Part shown: in pieces, positions 54,524-64,000 of the stretch
How the letters are laid out: each line of letters starts with the position of its first letter
Numbering within the stretch: the stretch's first letter is position 1
Assembly: GCA_973895155.1 (NCBI GenBank)
Contig: OZ316896.1
Coordinates: forward strand, 21,272,152-21,336,151
Direction: 5' to 3'
Length of the DNA: 64,000 nt
Origin: Marsupella aquatica
Lineage: Eukaryota > Plantae > Marchantiophyta
Translations under genes and position numbers: made by a program
Notes under the pieces: generated by a model
What the model was told of the DNA's origin: nothing
The model's input: only the letters and a program-made list of their open reading frames with translations
The model's database searches: none

Positions 54524-54721
54524 TAGGTTGAAGCATTTCGTTGAAGCTCTGCAGAGCAATTTGAGCTCTGTTGATCAACACTCTGTCCTTAGGTTGAAGC
54601 ATTTCGTTGAAGCTCTGCAGAGCAATTTGAGCTCTGTTGATCAACACTCTGTCTCTTAGGTTGAAGCATTTCGTTCAAGCTCTGCAGAGGCAATTTGAGC
54701 TCTGTTGATCAACACTCTGTC
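54524..54721. repeat. 66/67-bp near-perfect tandem repeat x3 upstream of CLP1
   Basis: taggttgaagcatttcgttgaagctctgcagagcaatttgagctctgttgatcaacactctgtc at 54524, 54590 and 54657. Confidence 0.95.
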
Positions 54722-55128
54722 GCTCGTGCAAGTCGTTCCCAAGCAGGTCGAAGCATTTTCTTGCTCGACTCTCTCGGTTTCGTTCGTTCGCTACTGCATT
54801 CGGTTTGAGCATTTTGGCGGAACTGAACGAGAAATCTTAGCTTTACAAACACTCTGTTTGTGCACGAGCTTTTCAAGCTTTCAGAGTTCTTTGAATTCGG
54901 TGATCTTTGAATTTGACATACTGAAATTTCTGCAATGATTGCGCCTGGTGTTCACTTGGATGTGCAATCGGGAGTCCCTGTTATCATGGTGTAGTAAGCA
55001 ACTAGCAAAGCTTTGGAATCCCGGTCGGTTTTCTCCCTGTCTCGTGGGATTTCTCTTTGCGGACGGACGGACATCGTTTTTGTGAAGGAAGAGCCCTCAC
55101 TTCTCTGGGGATCTGGCGGCGGGCGGCG

Positions 55129-58100
55129 ATGGCGAGCACGGGAAATGGAGGCAGTGGCGGGGGAGGGGGAGGAGGCGGGGGAGGAGAGAGAGAGAATAAC
55201 GGCCCCCCGAGGCGCTTCAGGCTGCAGAAGGAGAGCGAGCTGAGGGTGGAGGTGGGATGGGAGACGCCGCTGCGCATCCAGCTGCTGTCAGGCTCTGCTG
55301 AAATCTTTGGCACTGAGCTGCCCCCTGCGTATTGGATGACTTTCCCTCCAGATCACAAATTTGCCGTGAGGCCCCTTCTCTCCTCCCTCTTTCTTTTGTT
55401 GTCTTTGCTCCCCCTTTGTCCACAAAATCAAGTTAGAGTGCTCCTCATGTAGACTCTCTTTGTTTGGTCTTCATAAGGTGTTAATTCCCCAATAAATATA
55501 CAACAGTAGCGTGGGGAAATTCAAGCTGAAAAACAGGGAACCCTGCACAGTATATACACTCGTTGGTTTCAAGGAATTACGGGAATCGTGAGATTCATGG
55601 GAATTGGCAACCTTTGCTTGGTTGGTCCGCATTTGAATGAGGTTCAGCAGACAGGGGAGTCCTCATGTTAAGGGTGGTTGTTTCTGCGGGGATACGTGTT
55701 GGTTGGGGTAGATTTTCACGTGGAGCGGGTGCACAGTGGAGTTGGATGGCGTCTCGGAGGTTGCATATGTTGCCGACGAGGTACAGTTGACTAAACTTAA
55801 CTTTTAGTTGTGTATTACTCCTGGACTGCGAGGTCACTTCAATTGAAAATGTCAAGAGGATCTTTGATATTTTCGTGAATTGTCCGTTTCGTGGGTTTGA
55901 TTTTCCTGCTTAGCTCCCCTCCGAGCTGGTTGCTGGAGTCACTTTCGCCAGTTGGGTCACTGTAGGGTCAGTAACTTGCTACCCGTCCTCTTCCTGGTTT
56001 TTAGGGTTTTTATTCTAAATTTTTTTTCCGCTTTATTTGGTACAAAGTTCTTCCATCGTCCCATGTGTTTCTGAGCCGTGTAGTAAGGATTGTGAATGGA
56101 AATACGGAGGCAATTTTGATGCACCGACATCTCTGACGTGAACCCTAGTTTTTCTTTTTAGCAAAGAGGAATATCTTTGCTAAAAAGACAAATTGAGGCT
56201 GTCTCAATATCTCTAAAAACGGGAATGGAGAACTCCTGGAGCTTGGTGTAGATCCTGGGATTTGCAGGTGGAAATGCTGTGGGAATTTTTCATGATGCAC
56301 CCTACGTCCCTTACGTGAACCCTAGCTTGTTTGTTTCCATAAATTCGTGAATGCAGCTTTTGCTTTTCTTCCTTCTTCCCTTTCGTTTGGTGATGTGTTA
56401 CAATCAACAATTAAGATTAGGTCCTTAGTTGGTGAGACTACTCAAGAGAGTAAATGCATTTTCATTCGGTAGCTAGAAGATTGCAGATGTATACTGTTGA
56501 CTATTCCTATTGGAATCTAACTCGTTAACACAGGCCTGATGTGGGGGATGTTGGGCCATGATTGAGGACGTCAGACTCCAATGGTGAGCTATGTAAATGT
56601 CCATGCTGTGCTGGAAAATCGACGCAAGAATGCCCGAGATGCAATTCTTCCCGCCGTGCAAGGAGCTCCTCAACGATCAGATAGTGCAACGGCTACATCA
56701 CAGGTGATCATTGAAGGGATTGGTTTGAACTGCTTGGTTAGGATAAGTGCATTCTCTGCATGCTTTTTACAAACGAAATTAGTCCTGTAGAATAGTTTTA
56801 TCTCGGTTTAAGCAACACATGTGCGGAGGAATCAGAGTATAAGTGTCACCGTCCGTATCTCCAAATCTCAACCACATGCTTGTCTTACATGAGATGAGAA
56901 GTTGGAACAGTCTGGCAAACTCATTTCTTTCCTGTGTCTAGATCACAATGCACAAGGATAAGGTCAGCGTTTTCTAATGAATAATTTTCTGCACAGGGAC
57001 CACGAGTGATTGTTGTAGGCCCAACCGATTCAGGGAAGAGTAGTTTGACTAGGATGCTACTGGGCTGGGCAGCAAGGCAGTCCTGGAAGCCAACATACAT
57101 TGAGCTGGATATAGGACAAGGTGCCATCACAATTCCAGGGACCATAGCTGCCACTCCAATTGAGGCACCTATTGATCCCATTGAGGGTGTACCCCTAGAT
57201 GTACCTTTGGTGTACTTCTATGGCCACACAACTCCCAGGTGCATGAAGACTTCACCCCACGAAATGTTGGCCTTCTAAGTCAGTGCCTACACCTAGTTCT
57301 GAGTTTTTGTGGTGTGTCAATGGAAAAATGTTCTGGAGATCTTCATCTGTGCTTATTAGGTGCGACCTAAGTTATTCAACACCCCTGATCTTATCTGACT
57401 GCTTTCCCAACCTTATCTATGCGATTTATGAGCACGAAGTTTCTTGGTTTTGCTGAGTGAATCGTTTTGACAGTGTGAACACAGACTTGTATCGATCTCT
57501 TGTTCGGGAGCTGGCGCACTCCCTTGAATTGCAAAGTGCGGCTAATGCAGATGTCAGGGCAGCAGGCATGGTGATTAACACCATGGGTTGGGTGGAAGGA
57601 GTAGGCTACGAGGTAACATACCTCTAAAGTTGATGAGTTCGGTGCCTTAACTATAAGTACAACGGTTGTTTAAGGATCCTCAGTAAATGAATCCTAATCA
57701 CACGTCAGGAGATTTTGTTTACAGCAAATTTTCCTCAAGAACGTATTGTAGACGTTTGAAGGAACCTTCATGGTACGATGAATTGAAACGAAGTTGCATC
57801 CTCCTGAATTGGATCGTGGTTCTTTGTCGTCTATCGCAGTTGCTCCTGCATGCAATCAATACTTTCAACGCCGATGTTGTGCTCGTACTAGGACAGGTAT
57901 GCCGCTTTACTCAGACAGTGTGTTTGTGGCGTGCTTATATTTATCTTGCATGGGTTTTTCTTGACCTTCAGGGTTTGCACAATTTCCAGTATTCAGCTCG
58001 TCACTTGATTGGGGTTTTCCTTGTTCAGGAAAAACTTTACAGCATGCTGAGAGATGTCTTGAAAGGCAGACCTGGTGTAGATATTGTAAAACTTCATAAA

Positions 58101-59268
58101 TCAGGAGGGGTTGTGAACAGGAACAGCAAGTATCGACAACGGACAAGAGTACACAAAACAAGGGTAAATTACATTTTACTTCATGATATCAAGTTGCTTA
58201 AGATTAAGCTTTTCATTGGGTAAGCGAACGAAATGCCCCAACTGCAATGATTATCCTCCGCAGTGATCGTCTCGAACCCTGCTATTATTTGGACTTGAAG
58301 CTATCTTTTGAGAAATATCTGACTTGACCCGTGGTTGTTTGCAATGTAGGAGTACTTTTATGGGCTCAATAATGATCTTTCACCACACGCGTCAATTGCA
58401 AACTTCAGTGATTTGCAAGTTTTCAAGATAGGAGGGGGCCCACAGGCCCCTCGTTCGGCTCTCCCAATTGGTGCTGAACCAACAGCAGATCCAACTCGTG
58501 TTGTTCCAATCAACATAAGTAAGGATCTCATGCATGCCGTTCTGGCAGTGTCGTATGCCAAAGACCCAGAGCATCTTCTTGCCAGGTCTGTTCTTAATCC
58601 CAGTCATCATTTGTGAATGAGGTTTCGAAATTAGCCGACAAAGCCGCCTAAAAGTTGCGTGAAGTAACATGACCAGAGTACTCGCCTAAAGCCACTCAGT
58701 CGTACATCACGTGTCACAAGGAAACCCAACAGTTTTGTAGACCTTGTGTTCAACATATGACTCGCAGTTCTAGAATGTAAAAGTTGGGTAAGGCTCCCTC
58801 GTGTGATGTTCTTGGAACTAGTTTCGGTGAAGATGTTACTCATAATATGACCTTTCTGTGGTGCTGCAGCAATATTGCTGGATTCATTTACATCACTGAT
58901 GTAGATATCCCAAGGTACCGATTTCTCTCACATTTCGATTTAGTTTGATTGGTCCTTTGTTAAACGTGTATGAGTGGAGGCTCGTATCTGTTTTGCACCT
59001 TAACTGAGACATAACTGTACGCCGTAACACCGAGTCCGCTTCTTCGGAAATATCTATGAAATTAGTAACGGTAACATTGGTAAGAAACTTTGATAGCTTC
59101 CGGTTGAGGCAAGCCTGCCTGAAGTTCATGTGCTCTTTGGGTACTTGAGAATTGAGCTCTCTTTTTGTCTCTGTGAAATGCAGGAAAAAAATTGCATATG
59201 TTGCACCTTGCCCTGGTCCTCTTCCTAGTAATCTACTGCTCGCAGGATCACTGGCCTGGGTGGAGTGA
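55129..59268 (+). CDS. CLP1: CLP1 homolog (CLPS3-like): polynucleotide 5'-hydroxyl kinase / pre-mRNA cleavage factor II subunit, 10 coding exons
   Basis: Exons 55129..55365, 55712..55780, 56575..56703, 56997..57238, 57474..57612, 57840..57896, 58029..58163, 58350..58585, 58870..58914, 59184..59268. ESELRVEV...GSAEIFGTEL; TPMVSYVNVHAVLE; Walker A GPTDSGKS; ELDIGQG; GMVINTMGW; KSGGVV; EYFYG; GGGPQAPRSALPIG; NIAGFIYI; APCPGPLP. Confidence 0.95.
56153..56188. other. Perfect 15-bp inverted repeat (hairpin, 6-nt loop) in CLP1 intron 2
   Basis: TCTTTTTAGCAAAGA-GGAATA-TCTTTGCTAAAAAGA. Confidence 0.85.
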
Positions 59269-60629
59269 GCTTCAGTTTACCGTTCATCATAGCCATCATG
59301 GTTTCTCATGGTGTAGCCTCAACATCTCTGGTCCAAACGGTGCAGCTTGGAGTCACTGTTCTGGAAATCAATTTTGACTTAGTTGATTGCATTAGTCTTC
59401 CACGACTTTATGTAGTTCTGCCTGTGCGTATGTTTAAGTTTCGTGAAGCGGTTAGGACAGGCTTAATTCCTAACCCTTTCCCGCATTCATGATTAGCCGT
59501 GGGAAGAATACCCGTCTCTTCTGTATTCATGAGTCCATGTTGGAGAGTTTCTGTAAATTGTGTACAGATCTTTTGAGAAGAGAATTTCATAGGTTTTATG
59601 GACACTCATGTCGCTGTAGTCTCGATATTTCATTCGGTAGCAATCCCTTTTGTTGGTGTTGATGGTTGCTACCGAAGGTTTCAGAATTAAACTTGGCAAA
59701 ATTGTGGAGACTTATAGCCGACCCACCTTTCTCTCCACGCATAGTCATCTGAGCGAACGTGATGTTGCTCATACGACTATGCACCTTAGCTTACATGACG
59801 AGATGAATGGGTGACTTGAGCTAGTGTGGAACTAGTGTCGGAAATTGGTGTTAGAGCCACTTTTAGTCAAACGTGTGGGGTCACAGAAAAAAGGATCTTC
59901 GGCCAAATTTGTGCCCTCACGACTGTTCTTTCTTCAAATTTCTGCTAGAAATCGTTTGAGTCTAGAACAGTGTGAGGAATCCCTTGTTTGTGCTTTCTGT
60001 TTCAGGGACAACTTCGTGTCTTCAACAAGTAGCACAGATGTGTTGAGTTAGTTCCATAGCCACGCATCGACAAATGAAAACCAAAATACTCCTACCAACT
60101 CCACAAAGTTTTAGAATATCCGTCGAGGGGCCTGACAGGTACCTTAGGTCGAGTCAAGCTGATTCGTTGTCGTTTCGTAACATCCCACTGCAATCCAAAG
60201 TGGGAGATTATATTACTTTGCTGCATCTTTTTCAAATTGCTTGTACAGTGACTCAATATGTGAGATAGAGAGGGCACTTATTCTAGCTTGTTGGTGCTTA
60301 TTAGGAGGTATTGTATGATGTGAGCAGACAGGAATTTTGCTAGCAAGTCAGAGGGGTGGTTGTAGCATGGGAGCGAAACGTCCCTTCTGTTGAATGGTTC
60401 ACCATGCCTGCGTTATACGTTTCGGATTCTTCTAGGCCCAAACTCCCTTCGAGACTAGGAGGGGTGTATCTCAGATTTCTCTCGTGTCTTAAACATCTCT
60501 CGTGGCATTTTAGATGGCGGGTCAAATGGTCTTGAGAACAGCTCTGATCCATCCTACAATTGGAAAATGCAAAGGAGGTTCCTATGGGATCGAAATGGCA
60601 ACGGGAGTTTCTACGTAATAGGAGTTTCG

Positions 60630-60968
60630 ACCTGAAACTAGATTTGGCACTTTTCCATGCAACAATAGCTTCGACGAAAACTAGATTGGCACACCCCATT
60701 GATCATCAAATGAGATTTTCCTTTGCAACAGGAGTCGGCTGGAAATTAGATATGAATCGCACCATTGCTCATCAAATGAAACTTTCCTTTGCAACAGGAG
60801 TCGGCTGGAAATTAGATATGAATCGCACCATTGCTCATCAAAAGACACTTCCATTGGAACATGAGTTTCGACGAAAACTAGATTTGACACGCCCCATTGC
60901 GCATCTAATGACAATTTCCTTTGCAACAGGAGTCTTGACCCGAGACCCTATTTGACGTGCCCATTGCT
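60630..60968. repeat. 66-bp tandem repeat, about 5 copies of variable divergence
   Basis: tttcctttgcaacaggagtc...ccattgctcatcaaa units start at about 60652, 60717, 60783, 60849 and 60915; copies 2 and 3 are nearly identical. Confidence 0.85.
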
Positions 60969-61467
60969 CTGCAAAGTGTTCAGTTCAAGGAGTACACAAT
61001 GGGTAGCTCGAATTGTTTAGTACTCAACAAGCTGTGAATTTGAGATGTTCCGCTCAAAGGCAGACCACGACCGAAAACCTGCGTGGTGACTCTGAGCATA
61101 ACTTGAGATGATCGTCAACAGTAATGTTTTGTAATGCCCTTCGGTAGCTCATCAAGACGTGACATTTGAACTAGACACAGGGCAACTAGATTGTGTGGCC
61201 AAATTCTGCAAAGTTTACGAGATGGGATTGATATACAATTGAGTTGAAGAGGATTCAACAATGGCCCTAACAACGACTGCCATGTCAATACTATTGTGAC
61301 CAAATGTGTGATAAATTGTGGACAAAACACCTATGATGTACAGTTCAGTCGACTGACATGAATTCGTCCAATGGCCTAGCAGTGGCCTAGCAACGAGGTC
61401 TTGCTCTATTATCTCCCTCCAATAGTGGGATTGACGATAACGGGAATCTGTCTTTACACACTGACGA

Positions 61468-63045
61468 TCATGGTTTGTCATCCACATTGGAAACGGGACC
61501 AACGAACCATTTCCTGGCACTCAGCAGCCAGCCTCCAAGAGCAAGGGCAAATACCCCTCCCACCAAAACTGGGGTGTAATTCAAAGTCTGGCTGGTAATT
61601 GGGTAAGCAACGGGGAGACAAAATAGCACCGTGATTGTCACTACCCACAAGACTGCCACTGTACCAACGGGACGGCTAAACCTTCCAAGGTTGAACGGTC
61701 CGGGCACGAAATTCTTATGCCCAATGGTAATTCGAAAGAAGATCGGCAAAGCGTAAGAAATGTAGAGTCCAATGGTTGCAATTGACACCATTGCTGTGAA
61801 CGCCACAACGCTCCCCAAATACGTGAGGGCCATGCAGAAGGCAACGAAAGCTGACAGCCACACGGCAGGCAAAGGAACCTCTCTGCGGTCGACGATATGC
61901 CAGATGCTTGAGAGCGGCATTGCTCCATCTCTCGAGAATGCATACACCATCCGCGAATTGCTGGTGACGCAGCTCATGCCGCACAAGAAAACTGCGCCGG
62001 CCACAATACACAAGCACACGATCCCCCCTACTCCATGGCCATATCTCCCCTTGAACGCATCATAGAAGACCTGCGCTATTGCATAGCCCCCTGCGTCGTT
62101 TCCGAGATCCAGTAAGTGGGCTGGATCCACCACAGCGTAGGTGATGCCCACTATGTAACCCCATCCAACAATAATGGAGATGACCACTGACGCCACAAGG
62201 CCATAGGCACCATTCCTGTCCGAGCCCTTGGTTTCCTCCGACATATGAGCTGAAGCGTCATACCCACTGATGCTGTATTGCGCCATCAGAAGCCCAACTG
62301 CAAAAATGTAGGGGTAACTGTGGATACCCTGTCCATCGGCTTTGTAGAACGAAGTGAACACAAATTCAGTACTAGCTCTTTGAGTGGCAACGAGAGGTAT
62401 CAAAATCATGAGGACAAAGACACCGCCGATGTTCCAGAAAACCGCCAAGGTTCCCAGATAAGCGACCCATTTGATCGACGCGCTGTTGATGAGAGCGTGT
62501 ATCAGCAAAATGCCCCCATGCATTCCTACAACGACGTACTTGGACGCATAGTACCCGCCACCATTGCCTCCTCCTGTGCTGAGTAAGATTATCACTTGGA
62601 TGAGTTGCGCCAAGGAGAAGTCCACACTTGTTGTGACGGCCCACTGGCCGATTAGATTGAACCAGCCAGTCATCCAGGACGCGAGGGGCCCCCATTTGGG
62701 TCCGGAGAGAGCGTAGCTCCAGTAGTAGAGCCCCCCTGAGGTGGGGAAAGCGGAGCAAATTTCACCCATGGACAAGGCAACAAAACAGTTGAAGAATCCT
62801 GCGAAGAGCCACCCATATATCATTGAAATGGTGCCTCCATAGGTCAGCCCAGTGTTGTAAAGAGTTGTGACTCCAGTCATTATGGAGATGATCGCGAATG
62901 AAAAGGCAAAATTGGAGACTATCGAGAGATCTCTCTTAAGCTCCTGCTTGTATCCCAGCTCCTCCAGCCGCATCTGCCCTGTGTCCTTCGTAAACTCATT
63001 TGCTGAGTTTCCGGGACTCCCGTCTACTATCCTACCCCTCATCAT
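61468..63045 (-). CDS. BAT1: Amino acid/GABA permease, BAT1-like (APC superfamily, ACT family), 525 aa, single exon
   Basis: Uninterrupted ORF. RLEELGYKQELKRDLS.VSNFAFSFAIIS; SMGEICSAFPTSGGLYYW; SWMTGWFN; GYDASAHMSEET; SNSRMVYAFSRDGAMP; FVPGPFNLG; LNYTPV; ARKWFVGP; about 12 hydrophobic segments. Confidence 0.96.
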   Translation of the reverse strand: MMRGRIVDGSPGNSANEFTKDTGQMRLEELGYKQELKRDLSIVSNFAFSFAIISIMTGVTTLYNTGLTYGGTISMIYGWLFAGFFNCFVALSMGEICSAFPTSGGLYYWSYALSGPKWGPLASWMTGWFNLIGQWAVTTSVDFSLAQLIQVIILLSTGGGNGGGYYASKYVVVGMHGGILLIHALINSASIKWVAYLGTLAVFWNIGGVFVLMILIPLVATQRASTEFVFTSFYKADGQGIHSYPYIFAVGLLMAQYSISGYDASAHMSEETKGSDRNGAYGLVASVVISIIVGWGYIVGITYAVVDPAHLLDLGNDAGGYAIAQVFYDAFKGRYGHGVGGIVCLCIVAGAVFLCGMSCVTSNSRMVYAFSRDGAMPLSSIWHIVDRREVPLPAVWLSAFVAFCMALTYLGSVVAFTAMVSIATIGLYISYALPIFFRITIGHKNFVPGPFNLGRFSRPVGTVAVLWVVTITVLFCLPVAYPITSQTLNYTPVLVGGVFALALGGWLLSARKWFVGPVSNVDDKP

Positions 63046-64000
63046 GGTTCTAGACTGCTTGCACCTTAGAACTCTCCTGCTCGAAAATTGGATCCAATCG
63101 TGGATCCAATAGAAAGAATATCAAGCCTCCAGTGACGTATCGTGATGAATGATGCGAGGGCAAAGAGATGTCTAATGAAGTGAATAACTCGTCCCAGTGA
63201 CAGACGAACTATAATAAAAACGGCCAACACCATGCAAACAAACACCAACTGCGTTTCGAGAGTCCAGAATTGCATCAACAATGGATTTGCCTCAGACTAA
63301 AAGAGCTTTGCTCGGGCACCGTCCAAAAGCAAAGCGTTCGCACATGTTAATTCAGAGGTGAGAATGCGTGCTTCCAAGTTGATAGCAGCTCACACACCCA
63401 TGACGCTCCCCACCGTGCCTCCCTCGTTTACAGTACGAGAACAACTTTGGAACAAGCATTTTCTTTTCTTCATTCAGCCTCCTATCATTCTTGTATGCTA
63501 TGCCTCCTTCACGTTCTCCAAGGTCTGTTTGTCCGAGTCCAGAATTTCAGTTCTGTACGTAAGATGAACTCTGCAGCTCCAGCCAAATGTCCTGGTGGAC
63601 GTACTGGAATGTGCAACGAGGTTGACAATTGACATGCTATTCCATTTTTAGGACAGAAGATTGTTTGGAGATGCTGTACATACTTGGGCCCATCGAATCG
63701 GAATCCATCACCACAACCTCTGACCTCGATACTCCAAGATTCTTGGTAAAGAAGTCCTCCGGGGAAGTGGGACCTGCCATCCCATTTTAGTACAGAATGA
63801 TTGTTTTGGGGAGACTGTAGATACAGTGAACGCGTGCTAAGCCCACACTCCATAAGCATACCCTTGATTAGTGCATGCCATCTTGTTTTTCTCATTTTTT
63901 TACATAGAATAAGTGCTTTTTAAGACTTTTTCTAAGCACACACACACTGCTAAAATCATTTTTCTAAAAGACAAATTTATAAGTTCTTACCCTTGATAAG

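Noticed and set aside
61772-63112. Plus-strand ORFs overlapping BAT1, and similar antisense ORFs over other exons
   Set aside because: Shadow ORFs antisense to real coding exons.

Overview
Eukaryotic land-plant nuclear DNA. Gene style and transposon content suggest a bryophyte, possibly a liverwort, but that is inference. Six host genes can be reconstructed, five of them with GT-AG introns: a REF/SRPP (LDAP) lipid-droplet protein (-), a mitochondrial stomatin-like protein (+), an SPX-RING E3 ligase of the NLA/BAH1 type (+), a PTM-like Tudor-DDT-PHD chromatin protein (-), the CLP1 polynucleotide kinase/cleavage factor (+) and an intronless BAT1-type amino acid/GABA permease (-). The most notable element is a near full-length, recently inactivated non-LTR retrotransposon at about 44.15-48.3 kb. 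It has a single ORF with a zinc finger, reverse transcriptase, CCHC knuckle and restriction-like endonuclease, which matches the CRE clade. Its RT motif is a non-canonical VADD, its leader is hairpin-rich, and a diverged copy of part of its 3' UTR lies just upstream. Intergenic DNA holds many short tandem duplications, a 158-bp satellite-like trimer and decayed TE fragments. No tRNA, rRNA or CRISPR array is supportable. Exon coordinates were read by eye.
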